NCBI GenBank assembly: GCA_029856125.1
Contig: JAHQWJ010000056.1
Span: 1 to 38,501, forward strand
Reading direction: 5' to 3'
Length of the DNA: 38,501 nt
Origin: Promethearchaeia archaeon
Lineage (GTDB): Archaea > Asgardarchaeota > Lokiarchaeia > Sigyniarchaeales > SOKP01
The notes below the pieces were generated by a model that was given only the letters and a program-made list of their open reading frames with translations, had not been told where the DNA came from and did not search any database. The position numbers were made by a program, and so were the translations under genes. Of the stretch, positions 1 through 9,321 are shown one piece after another. Each line of letters starts with the position of its first letter. The stretch's first letter is position 1.

Positions 1-1
1 C

Positions 2-181
2 GGTGGAAAAAGAAGCAAAGATATCGGAACCGTAATGATCAGAGGCGCATCAATAATATTCATTGGGCAAGATAGAGAGAAAATAATGTTCGCGGAAAAG
101 GAACCTGAAAAGGAACCTGAAAAGGAAAATGATGACGAATTGCATGATAAATTAATGCATCAAAAAGAGTCTGAATTTTAG
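2..181 (+). CDS. Sm/Lsm-like (SmAP) protein, C-terminal part (5' end outside window)
   Basis: Frame 2 reads GGKRSKDIGTVMIRGASIIFIGQDREK...KESEF* (TAG 179-181). G-x-V-x-I-R-G-x-x-I-I-F-I is the Sm2 motif, and the position directly upstream of rpl37e is the conserved archaeal lsm-rpl37e synteny. Not in ORF track. Confidence 0.85.
   Translation, partial: GGKRSKDIGTVMIRGASIIFIGQDREKIMFAEKEPEKEPEKENDDELHDKLMHQKESEF
95..127 (+). repeat. 12-bp tandem repeat (GAAAAGGAACCT x2.75) encoding EKEPEKEPEKE in the Lsm tail
   Basis: gaaaaggaacct-gaaaaggaacct-gaaaaggaa read directly. Confidence 0.85.
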
Positions 182-196
182 TTAAAACGATAATAG

Positions 197-406
197 GTGG
201 CTAAAGTGGGTAAAGGAACTCCAAGTAAGGGAAAAAAGAATAAAGCAGCAAGTCATAAAACATGTAGAAGATGTGGAAGGCATAGTTATCATAGAAGTAA
301 AAGATTCTGTGCTCAGTGTGGATTCGGAAGAACTGCCAAAAGACGTAAACCAAATTGGAGGACTAGATATAAAGCTTTTAACAAGACTAAAGGCTTCCAC
401 GCATAG
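197..406 (+). CDS. rpl37e: 50S ribosomal protein L37e
   Basis: KGTPSxGKKN...HxxCRRCGRHSYH...CAQCGFG zinc-finger signature; GTG start. Confidence 0.96.
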   Translation: MAKVGKGTPSKGKKNKAASHKTCRRCGRHSYHRSKRFCAQCGFGRTAKRRKPNWRTRYKAFNKTKGFHA

Positions 407-573
407 GCAATGTTTCCTAATTGTTTATAAATATATTTCTTAAAAGTTTTAAATTATCTAATTTTACTAATCAAAATCCTTAGGCAATTAAAAGGAACAC
501 ATATTTTTATATAATATTCAATTACTTCGTTATATTAGTTCACTTTTTTATATATACTATAAATCTCAAGAAA

Positions 574-951
574 ATGATTGAAGCACTAAAAAATAACATT
601 ATAACAAAAGAACTAAACAAATTAGATTTAGTCAACGGAATAAGTGGCACTGCTATAGTAAATCGAAATGGATTGATTATAATTTCTAGATTACCAAGGC
701 ACATAGACAATCGTAAATTTGGTGCCATGGCAGCTACAATGTTTGAGGCAATGGAAACCGCGGTAACAACATTTAGAGATAATGTCGTTAATTTAACTGT
801 AGAATTTGATGAGGAACAACTAATCATTTACGCAATCAATAAAGAGTTAATCTTCATTACCTTATTTGAATTGAATATTGACTTGGGAATAATTTTAATT
901 GAGATAGAAGAACTTATAAAATTTATTCAAAAATATTTAGAGGTTGAATGA
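574..951 (+). CDS. Roadblock/LC7 (MglB-like) domain protein
   Basis: GISGTAIVNRNGLIIISRLP...KFGAMAATMF pattern, 125 aa, typical of Roadblock proteins expanded in Asgard archaea. Confidence 0.88.
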   Translation: MIEALKNNIITKELNKLDLVNGISGTAIVNRNGLIIISRLPRHIDNRKFGAMAATMFEAMETAVTTFRDNVVNLTVEFDEEQLIIYAINKELIFITLFELNIDLGIILIEIEELIKFIQKYLEVE

Positions 952-1688
952 AAATTCTTACTGAATCACAAAGAAAAAGATATTCTAGGCAGATATTGTC
1001 TCCTTCAATTGGTGAAGAAGGTCAAGAAAAGTTGTCAAAAATTAGAGTCTTACAAATAGGAGCAGGTGGATTAGGATCCCCTTTTGCACTTTACCTTGTA
1101 GCAGCAGGTATAAAAGAATTAACAATCCTGGATAATGACACATTATCACTTTCCAATCTTCAAAGGCAAATTTTATATAAGGAATCTCAAATTGGAATAG
1201 AGAAAGTGCTAGCTGCTAAGGAAAGTTTAGCTACGCTAAATTCTGAGGTCGAGATTAACACTTATAATGAATATGTAGACGAAAATTCTGTCGTGAAGTA
1301 CATTGAAAACAAAGACTTTATCGTCGATTGTAGCGATAATTTTAAGACTAAATTTCTTGTGAATGAAGTAGCGGTGAATTATGGCATTAAAGCAGTCATT
1401 GCGGGTATTAAAGACTTCTTTGGTCAAATAATTACCATAGACCCAAAAAAAACTGCTTGTTATGAGTGTGTTTTTAATAAGCCAGGTTCACTCAATTCTT
1501 CAGAGGGGCCTTTACCCGTAATTGGAGTCACACCAGGGATTTTAGGCACTTTAGAGGCATTAGAGGTGATTAAAACGACATTAAATCTACCTAATTTAGA
1601 AAATAAACTCCTGGTGGTAAATCTATTAAACTTATCTTTCGATACTATTGATCTTGTAAGGAGTGAAAAGTGTTTTTGTTCAAAGTGA
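948..1688 (+). CDS. ThiF/MoeB/HesA family E1-like ubiquitin/sulfur-carrier adenylyltransferase
   Basis: RYSRQI, GEEGQEKL, GAGGLG, SNLQRQILY, DCSDNF and CYEC motifs; ATGA overlap with upstream gene. Confidence 0.93.
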   Translation: MKILTESQRKRYSRQILSPSIGEEGQEKLSKIRVLQIGAGGLGSPFALYLVAAGIKELTILDNDTLSLSNLQRQILYKESQIGIEKVLAAKESLATLNSEVEINTYNEYVDENSVVKYIENKDFIVDCSDNFKTKFLVNEVAVNYGIKAVIAGIKDFFGQIITIDPKKTACYECVFNKPGSLNSSEGPLPVIGVTPGILGTLEALEVIKTTLNLPNLENKLLVVNLLNLSFDTIDLVRSEKCFCSK

Positions 1689-1741
1689 GGCTTAAGCAAG
1701 ATAAAAATAAAAAAATGAATGATTTAATTAATTTATTCTTT

Positions 1742-2254
1742 TTAGAGTCCGCCTTTACTAAATAGAAACGAGAAACACCCATAGAAAATTCCATTAACGA
1801 CTCCAGCTATTATCATAAATAATATCGCACCGATAAATCCATACAATAATTCAAAAGACGCCCATGCAGCGCCAAGAATAGGGGACGCATCTTGACCTAG
1901 GATTAGAATCAAGAGATAAACAACACAGGAAATTACAGCGGTTAAAAACCAAGCTAAAAATGATGTTTTACCGGAATCTCCTAATCTCGCGCCAATGATT
2001 ACTGCTACTAATGGAGGAACTATTACTGTTAGAAATGATAAAAAATCTACTAAATCAAATCCCGCTGTTAGAGCAATAACCATCATGAAACTACTCCCAG
2101 GAGTAATTATAATCGGCGAAAATAGAGCAGATATAACATAATAGATATCATCAAGTGGAAAAGCAGGAGAGATAATAATCGATACAACAAGGAAAACAGC
2201 ATTTAATCCTAAGTAGATAGCAAGTGTTATGAAAAAAGTTTTTATAAAATTCAT
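1742..2254 (-). CDS. Hypothetical multi-pass membrane protein
   Basis: 170 aa with about 4-5 hydrophobic segments; no family recognised. Confidence 0.75.
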   Translation of the reverse strand: MNFIKTFFITLAIYLGLNAVFLVVSIIISPAFPLDDIYYVISALFSPIIITPGSSFMMVIALTAGFDLVDFLSFLTVIVPPLVAVIIGARLGDSGKTSFLAWFLTAVISCVVYLLILILGQDASPILGAAWASFELLYGFIGAILFMIIAGVVNGIFYGCFSFLFSKGGL

Positions 2255-2419
2255 TTTTTTTTACCTGTTTTTTTGTTTTATGTTTTTAGATTTCTTTATC
2301 TATCTAATGTATATAATCTTATATAAATTTTTTAGAGCCTCTACTTAAAAAGTAGAATCTTATCGTGATAGAAATGAGAATACTTAGATCTAAATAACAG
2401 AATTAGAGAAAAAAGATTT

Positions 2420-2968
2420 TTAATGTTTAAAAGATTCAGAATTCTTTTCAAAAAACTCCTTGAACAACCTTCCGTTTTCAGCATACACAACAGATGTTTT
2501 TGCTCCTTCCATCTTACCAGATTGAGGTAATTGCTTCTTAATTACAGCTGGAACGCCTACGGCTAAAGTTCTTGGGGGTATTTCCTTACCAACTAACACA
2601 CCACCCGCGCCTAAAATGGCTCCATCGCCCATCTTAGACCGATGTAATACATTAGCGCCTATTCCAACCAAGCATCCGTTTCCAATCGTGCACGGTCCAT
2701 GAATCATAGCGTGATGACCAATAATACAATCATTGCCTATGTTTACTGTAGAACCTATTTCATTATGAATAGATACATTTTCTTGAACGCTTGTATTGTC
2801 ACCAATAATTATTGTTCCCCAATCTCCCCTTAAAACAGCTCCAAACCAAATGTTGCTTCTTTCTCCAATTACAACATTCCCGATAATAACTGCTGTTGGA
2901 GCGATGTAAGCAGTTTCATGGATTTGAGGCACTTTGCCTGTTTTAGGGCTAGGCATTATAATCGTCAT
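2420..2968 (-). CDS. Gamma carbonic anhydrase-like hexapeptide-repeat protein (PaaY/YrdA family)
   Basis: IHETAYIAPTAVIIGNV.IG, AVLRGD, QEN, IGHHAMIHG, GVPA. Start placed at ATG 2968 (MTIIMPSP...); the upstream TTG extension looks non-coding. Confidence 0.9.
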   Translation of the reverse strand: MTIIMPSPKTGKVPQIHETAYIAPTAVIIGNVVIGERSNIWFGAVLRGDWGTIIIGDNTSVQENVSIHNEIGSTVNIGNDCIIGHHAMIHGPCTIGNGCLVGIGANVLHRSKMGDGAILGAGGVLVGKEIPPRTLAVGVPAVIKKQLPQSGKMEGAKTSVVYAENGRLFKEFFEKNSESFKH

Positions 2969-3058
2969 AATACATATTCCAAAATTCAGTATTTTAAGAA
3001 CTATGAAGTAGGGGTTAAATTTTAAAGTTATTGAATAAAAAAAATTAAGCAAAGTAAG

Positions 3059-4738
3059 TTAATTCAGTAAATTTGCGTCTTCTAATATTTTTTTGTGATC
3101 AAAAGCTAATTCAATGTCCTTAAGCTGGTTTTTAGGTATAAGTAGTACGTTTTTAGAATCATCACCGCTTCTCATTTTCTTGATATCTCCAATAATTGAA
3201 CATTTATAAACTGTTGAATGTATACTGCCTCTGGGATCTCGTCCTTCTTCAGTATATAAGCCAACTTTATGTAGAATTTTCACATCTAAATTAGTTTCTT
3301 CTTTGACTTCTCTTACTAATGCCCTAATCGCACTCTCGCCCTTTTCTATAAAACCTCCGGGTAATGCGTAGTAATCTTGAAAAGGAGGATATTTTCTTTT
3401 TATCAGAATTACATTACCTGCGTTATCCTCAATTACAGCATCAACTGTCTTTCTGATATCAGCCTTCTTCATTTGTATACGGTTGTTCAGGTAATATCCT
3501 ATTGTTGCTATTAGTATTCCGATTATAACGATTGCTATCGAACCATTTAATATGGATGTAAATAAGTTTCCCTTTTGTAAATTTAGCGAAATCACAATCA
3601 CGCCCGCTAAATCAGCTAAAATTCCTGCTCCGAAAAGTAAATTTAATAAGTTTAATCCACTTTCAGTTCTTTCTTGGTTCTCGTCATTCTTTCTATGATA
3701 CAAGTCTTGCATTACATCGTAAATTGAGCTAAACTTTTGATTTATTCGTTCTACTATATTCCCTATTTCAAATTCAGCTAATAGATGTTTCAATACGCTC
3801 GAATAATGTTGTCTTCTATTATAATCTAGCTCGTTATATATTACGCTAAGGGTAGTTTGAATCATTCCCCTCAATAATCTTAAGTTCCTAATTTTTTGTT
3901 CTATTATTTTTACTCCTTGAAATGCTTGTGTTTGAGTTTTTAGGAACAATAAGTCCAACGATTCATTTATTGAGCGTAAAGCAAAAAATACAGCCCTAAG
4001 TTTTGGGGTAGGAAATATAACATATTCCTTCATGTAGGATTCAAAGAATTTTTCATAATTTTCCTCAGCCATATAAATAAAACCAGAGTTTCTTCTTAAG
4101 AAATGTAATTCTGAAAGTCGATTGGATAAATTATTTTCAATTCTCTTGTTAAATAATGTTTCAGAATAATCTTCCCATTGACCTGAATAGATTTCAGTCC
4201 AATTAGCGATCTCTTTTTTATATTTTTCGATATTATAGGGATTCCAAACGATGTCCTTTGGTTCGCTTTTGTTAGAAGTCACAAACACATAAATAGGGCT
4301 TTCAGTATCAAGATGAATGCCTTCATTTTCAGACTTATAGTTATAATCTTTGAGGATATCTAGAACAAGAATGGGAATTTGCTGTATTAAAAGGGGTTTT
4401 AACGATTTTTTCCTCGATGGATCTTCTTTGTAGTGTTCTACTTCGAATTGGAAATATCCTAATGTATTAAAGCCTTTCTCAGAATTTTCATCCTTAAAAA
4501 GGAAATTAGATAAGCTTTTAACCCAATTGCATTTAATAGAAATATGCTTTATTAGTTCAAGGATTTCGTATTTAAGATCTTGTCGATAAATATCTTTTTC
4601 CTCTAAATTTTTAAACCTAGATTTTATTATATCCTCGATTTCCTTACTTTTTGTCTTTGTGTTAATATTAACGCCGTCTATGAAAGCACTAACAAACCAA
4701 AACTCCTCGCAATAAATAAAAGAAAGATCATCACTCAT
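3059..4738 (-). CDS. Fusion: CorA-like helical domain + 2 TM helices + C-terminal Nudix (ADP-ribose pyrophosphatase-like) hydrolase
   Basis: C-terminus has TVDAVI, ALPGGFIEKGESAIRALVREVKEETNL (Nudix box), GRDPRG, GDD and LAFDH. It is preceded by two hydrophobic helices and a long amphipathic stalk. The Nudix call is firm; the CorA-like call is inference. Confidence 0.8.
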   Translation of the reverse strand: MSDDLSFIYCEEFWFVSAFIDGVNINTKTKSKEIEDIIKSRFKNLEEKDIYRQDLKYEILELIKHISIKCNWVKSLSNFLFKDENSEKGFNTLGYFQFEVEHYKEDPSRKKSLKPLLIQQIPILVLDILKDYNYKSENEGIHLDTESPIYVFVTSNKSEPKDIVWNPYNIEKYKKEIANWTEIYSGQWEDYSETLFNKRIENNLSNRLSELHFLRRNSGFIYMAEENYEKFFESYMKEYVIFPTPKLRAVFFALRSINESLDLLFLKTQTQAFQGVKIIEQKIRNLRLLRGMIQTTLSVIYNELDYNRRQHYSSVLKHLLAEFEIGNIVERINQKFSSIYDVMQDLYHRKNDENQERTESGLNLLNLLFGAGILADLAGVIVISLNLQKGNLFTSILNGSIAIVIIGILIATIGYYLNNRIQMKKADIRKTVDAVIEDNAGNVILIKRKYPPFQDYYALPGGFIEKGESAIRALVREVKEETNLDVKILHKVGLYTEEGRDPRGSIHSTVYKCSIIGDIKKMRSGDDSKNVLLIPKNQLKDIELAFDHKKILEDANLLN

Positions 4739-4817
4739 AGATTTTTACCTTAAAAATATTATAAATTCAATTAAATTATATTAAATATTAATTACTTTTG
4801 ATTACTTTTAATAACTT

Positions 4818-5768
4818 TTGAAGAAAATGTCAGTCAAACAGATACAAGAAGAGATTTTAAAACTTAAAGAGGAAACGGCAACGACGATTCTAGCTCACTA
4901 TTACCAACCCCTAGAAATTCAAGAGATTGCTGATCATTTAGGAGGTTCTTTAGCTTTATCCCGGCTTGCGAATAAAGCAGACACTGATTATATCATATTT
5001 GCTGGCGTAGATTTTATGGCAGAAACAGCTTCAATTTTAAATCAAAATAAAAAGGTTCTGATACCAAATCCCGAGTCATGTTGCCCTATGGCAGCTTATT
5101 TAACAGTGGAAAAAGTAAAAAAGTTCAGATTGATAAATCCTAATTTACCAGTAGTGGTCTATGTTAACTCTACAGCCGCGGTTAAGGCTGAATCAGACAT
5201 CTGCTGTACCTCTGCAAACGCAGTTAAAATCGTAAAGCGAATCAGTTCAGAAATCAATACAAAAGCAGTTTTATTTGGACCCGATGCGAATCTGGCTGAT
5301 TATGCCGAGCAAAAATCAGGAATCAAATGCATTAAAATGCCCGAAGAAGGAAATTGCTATGTGCATTCTCAACTAACTATTGATGATATGGAAAAAATTA
5401 GAATTGCTTATCCCAAGGGTCAAATATTAGTTCACCCGGAGTGTATTAGAGAAGTCAGAGAATTAGCAGATTTTGTAGGTTCTACAAGCCAAATGTATAA
5501 CCGAGTAAAAAATGATACTAGATCGGAAAGCGATTTTTGTATAGGAACAGAAATAGGTTTAATGGAAAGAATGGCACAAGACTTCCCTAATAAGAATTTC
5601 CATTTAATCAGTGAAAAATTGGTATGCTATAATATGAAAAAGAACACGATTGAACTTATGAGATACGTTCTCGAAAATTTAGATGATCCGATGTTTGAGG
5701 TGAAGGTACCTCCTGAGATCGCTAAGAAAGCTTTAAAACCTATTGAGAAGATGCTGGAATATTCATAA
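4818..5768 (+). CDS. nadA: Quinolinate synthase A
   Basis: ILAHYYQ, GVDFMAE, CPMA, VVYVNSTAAVKA, CCTSANA, GPDANL, CYVH, HPEC, GSTS, GTE and C..MKK motifs. Confidence 0.96.
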   Translation: MKKMSVKQIQEEILKLKEETATTILAHYYQPLEIQEIADHLGGSLALSRLANKADTDYIIFAGVDFMAETASILNQNKKVLIPNPESCCPMAAYLTVEKVKKFRLINPNLPVVVYVNSTAAVKAESDICCTSANAVKIVKRISSEINTKAVLFGPDANLADYAEQKSGIKCIKMPEEGNCYVHSQLTIDDMEKIRIAYPKGQILVHPECIREVRELADFVGSTSQMYNRVKNDTRSESDFCIGTEIGLMERMAQDFPNKNFHLISEKLVCYNMKKNTIELMRYVLENLDDPMFEVKVPPEIAKKALKPIEKMLEYS

Positions 5769-5823
5769 ATTACGATAGTTAAAAAAAAATTAGAACAAAA
5801 AAAATATTTGGCGTTGATAATTT

Positions 5824-7500
5824 TTATTTCTTTGTTCTTTTCTTTGCTTCCTTTTCTCTTAAAGTTCTCCTTAGAATTTTTCCCACTCCACTTTTCGGGA
5901 GGCTTCGGACAAACTGTACTTCCCTAGGATACTTGTAGGCCGCTAAGTTTTCTTTTGTGAAATCAATAATGTCTTGTTCGGTAACTTTTCCCTTACTCTC
6001 CTTTTTAAGTAGGATAAAAGCCTTTATATCCTCACCTTTGATAGGATCGGGAACGCCAATCACTGCACATTCTTGTACTGCTGGATGTTCGTATAAAACT
6101 TCTTCAATTTCTCTCGGATAAACGCTGTGTCCCTTGTATTTTATTAGATCCTTAATCCGATCCAACAAAAACAAATAGTACTCGTTATCCAGTCGTCCAT
6201 AATCACCAGTTCGCAACCATTTATAGCCACCCGCTTCAAAGAACACAAGTTTATTTTCTTCAGGCCTATTGTGATAACCCACCATCACTTGAGGTCCAGA
6301 TATGACAACTTCTCCTTCTTCTCCCACAGGCAAAAATTCCAAATTTTCATTTACAATCCCAACTAGAGTATTGGGGAAAGGGTGACCTACGCTACCTCGC
6401 TTTAATTTTGACCAGACAGTAGCTGTTATAGCACCTGTGCTAGTTTCACTAAGACCATATCCTTCAGCCATTCTAAAACCAGTTCTTCGCTCCCATTCTA
6501 ATGCTAACTCGTCCGGAAGCGCACCTGCACCGCAATTGGCAAATTTTAAGGAAGTCATATCAACATCTTTCATGTGAGGTGAGTTTAAAATGTTAACAAA
6601 CATCGTAGGTACGCCAAGCATCATGTTTGGACGTCCTTCTCGAATCACTTCAGCGATTCGTTGAAGATCAAATGACGGAAGGACATAGGATTTCGAACCA
6701 AATAAACAACCAGCCAATAATTCGCAAGCTTGACCGTAGATATGGTACCAAGGTAACACAGACAGAGCGATGATGTTTTCTTTGAGATAATTCTCAATCA
6801 TATAATCAGAGCCTTGCTTAATAGCCCAAAGCATTGATACTATATTGCTATGCGATAAGAGAGCTCCTTTTGGAAGGCCTGTTGTTCCACCAGTATATTG
6901 TATTATAGCAATATCTTCTTTAGGATCGATCTTAGCATCAAACTCAAGAGGTTCTTGGTACTTTTCCAATAACTTATCGTAATGAATGATTTTGTCTGTT
7001 TCGGGAACGACAATTTCTTCGTCCATTACATTTAACATGATTACTTTACTTAATGATACTTTATCAGCGACTTTCTCATATTCCCGGGCGAATCGGTCGA
7101 TCATTATTAAATATTTAGCTCCAGAATCATTAATTTGGTAAGCAAGTTCTCTCCCAGTGAATAAGGGACTAATAGCAGTCAATGTAGCTCCAAGATATAC
7201 CGCAGCAAAATAAGTAATAGAGAATTGAGGGCAATTCGGAAGCCAAAGAGCCAAAACTTCACCTTTTTTTACTCCTAAATCTTTTAGCGCAGCTGCAAAT
7301 CTTCTAGTTAATAAATCTAACTGCTTAGTAGTAAACTCTTTTCCAAAAAAGTCCAACATGACATGATCTGGAAAATTTTCATCATTATACTTGTATACAT
7401 CAATTAACGACATATCTTCAGGAATATCAACTTCTGTGGTTATTCCATCTGCAAGGTAATCTTTCCAAGAACGATTTTTAATATAATCTGGAAGTTCCAT
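5824..7500 (-). CDS. Long-chain fatty acid--CoA ligase (AMP-binding family)
   Basis: QYTGGTTGLPKG, EGYGLSET, TGD, DRIKDLIK, YPREIEE and LPKSGVGKILRR; start placed at ATG 7500 after GATGTGA. Confidence 0.93.
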   Translation of the reverse strand: MELPDYIKNRSWKDYLADGITTEVDIPEDMSLIDVYKYNDENFPDHVMLDFFGKEFTTKQLDLLTRRFAAALKDLGVKKGEVLALWLPNCPQFSITYFAAVYLGATLTAISPLFTGRELAYQINDSGAKYLIMIDRFAREYEKVADKVSLSKVIMLNVMDEEIVVPETDKIIHYDKLLEKYQEPLEFDAKIDPKEDIAIIQYTGGTTGLPKGALLSHSNIVSMLWAIKQGSDYMIENYLKENIIALSVLPWYHIYGQACELLAGCLFGSKSYVLPSFDLQRIAEVIREGRPNMMLGVPTMFVNILNSPHMKDVDMTSLKFANCGAGALPDELALEWERRTGFRMAEGYGLSETSTGAITATVWSKLKRGSVGHPFPNTLVGIVNENLEFLPVGEEGEVVISGPQVMVGYHNRPEENKLVFFEAGGYKWLRTGDYGRLDNEYYLFLLDRIKDLIKYKGHSVYPREIEEVLYEHPAVQECAVIGVPDPIKGEDIKAFILLKKESKGKVTEQDIIDFTKENLAAYKYPREVQFVRSLPKSGVGKILRRTLREKEAKKRTKK

Positions 7501-7738
7501 ATAAATCACATCTTTTTTTTGTTGTTTTAAACTTAAAATATTTTATTATTGTAAAATCAAATTTTTTTAAGTAAGTCTTAAGATTCTCTAATCATATTAA
7601 AGCTTTTTTTAAAAAAAAAAAAGACAACTGATTGAAACATTAATGGAAATTACAGTATATGATCTTTCTCATCAGTATTAAAAAGAATAGATAATGTAAA
7701 TTTATCATAAAAATAATAAAAATCCTGAAGAAATCTTT

Positions 7739-9088
7739 TTATGGTTTGATAATTGGAGTTAAGCAATTAGGACAAACATCCCAATTTAATTTAACTTGGT
7801 AATTACAATTTGGATTGGGACATTCAATTTCTTTTTCTTCTTCAAGAGATGCTATTTTATATGCTACGCTCAACTCGCTTGCTGCCTCAATATCTTTTAG
7901 TAATCCAGATCCTTGAAAATTTAAACCGCACCTAATGCATATATTAGATAAATCATTTTTTAACACAGTCTTTCCACATTTAGGACAAAAACCCTGTAAT
8001 AACTTTAAACTTTGAAATAATTCGGTTTCCTCAGAATCTGAGATTGAAACTAGATTTAGATCTTCATAACGCTCAGAGTTGTTTATTATATTGTATAAAG
8101 AGTTTTTTCCTCCTTCTGCTTTTAACAGTTTTTTAGACTGTAATGCAATATCCATCAAGGATGCCTTTGGAATACTTATCTCTAGAGCATATTTAATTAT
8201 CATTTTCTCAACCAACATTTCATAAGGTTCTTTTATTCCGCTAATCCCTTGGGATTCATTCATATCCCATATTAATTCCATTCCTAATAATTTCTCAGTT
8301 ATTTCTTCGGCCAATCTATCTAAATCTAGGTCAGAGATCATTTTTTCTTCAGCTATGCTTACTTCAATTATCTCGTTTATTAAATTATCTTTAATTAATC
8401 GAATGGTAGTAACACCTAGTACATCTTCTCTGTGAAAAAAGAATTTATCCTCGCCCCGACTAAACATATATAATCCTAAATCGCTGGATAAAAGACGATC
8501 TACATAAAAATCTATCCTTAATTTTTTTACATTATAGTGTTTACAGAATTCTGTAATTTCAAATTTAAAATCTCTCGTCAGAACAGAATTATTGTAAATG
8601 TAAAAGAGCGTAAGATATAAATCACGATTTTGCTCTATAAGAAAATAATTTTCACCCATATTAATAATGTTTCGACTGATATCTGTTATTATGGAATCTG
8701 CAACGCTAATTTCTTTGTAGAAGGTTTTTAATTCAGATAGGTTCGAGATAAGATCATTTATTTCACTAAAATAAATCGATTCATCATAACTAATGTAATC
8801 CTCACCAAGCTTTTCTGTACCTAAATCTGTTATAAAATATCGCTGCTCTTGTAAGTTCTTGGAGGAATTTCTAAATATTTTTTTTTCAATGTTATTTTTA
8901 GAGAGATGGAACTTTATATATTTAGAAACTGTAGATCTACTTAAACCAGAATATTCTATAATATTTGTGAAACGTAATGGCCCTAAATTCCGTAATAAAT
9001 AAAGAATACGCATATCATTTTGATCAATTTTATTAATCTCAGATAAAACTTTTTCTTTTACTTTGGCAGTTATCGTGAATTTAGACAT
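7739..9088 (-). CDS. Winged-helix DNA-binding protein with C-terminal double zinc ribbon
   Basis: N-terminal GPLRFTNIIEYSGLSRSTVSKY...YFITDLG (wHTH); C-terminal CPKC, CIRC, CPNPNC and CPNC. Confidence 0.75.
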   Translation of the reverse strand: MSKFTITAKVKEKVLSEINKIDQNDMRILYLLRNLGPLRFTNIIEYSGLSRSTVSKYIKFHLSKNNIEKKIFRNSSKNLQEQRYFITDLGTEKLGEDYISYDESIYFSEINDLISNLSELKTFYKEISVADSIITDISRNIINMGENYFLIEQNRDLYLTLFYIYNNSVLTRDFKFEITEFCKHYNVKKLRIDFYVDRLLSSDLGLYMFSRGEDKFFFHREDVLGVTTIRLIKDNLINEIIEVSIAEEKMISDLDLDRLAEEITEKLLGMELIWDMNESQGISGIKEPYEMLVEKMIIKYALEISIPKASLMDIALQSKKLLKAEGGKNSLYNIINNSERYEDLNLVSISDSEETELFQSLKLLQGFCPKCGKTVLKNDLSNICIRCGLNFQGSGLLKDIEAASELSVAYKIASLEEEKEIECPNPNCNYQVKLNWDVCPNCLTPIIKP

Positions 9089-9321
9089 AAATATAAAAAA
9101 GAAACTAGGAAATTTATACTTTTGCCTATACTTATACTTTAGTTTTAGTATAGTTGACTCTAAAGGATTATGGATCTGGACCTTGCTTCATCTAAAAATA
9201 CATTCTTACCTAACTAAACTTCAATTTAATTAAAAATACCCTTGTTTTTAAGTAAAAATTTTCACATTACAATAGTAATAACTAGATTATTAAAAAAAAT
9301 AAAAAAAAGATGTGAAAAGAC

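Noticed and set aside
182-1699. Minus-strand ORFs 182-400, 540-827, 1236-1427 and 1460-1699
   Set aside because: Antisense shadows of rpl37e, Roadblock and the E1-like gene
7605-7622. T-run followed by A-run homopolymer
   Set aside because: Typical of AT-rich intergenic/terminator sequence in this genome; no evidence of a special role
9310-9315. ATG-TGA in frame with the Ubl (and GTG-TGA at 35618-35623) read as selenocysteine or readthrough at codon 2
   Set aside because: The same GATGTGA motif precedes the normal ATG of the acyl-CoA ligase, so it is better explained as an initiation motif. No SECIS-like hairpin is evident downstream and a Sec at position 2 has no redox-motif context. Not formally excluded.
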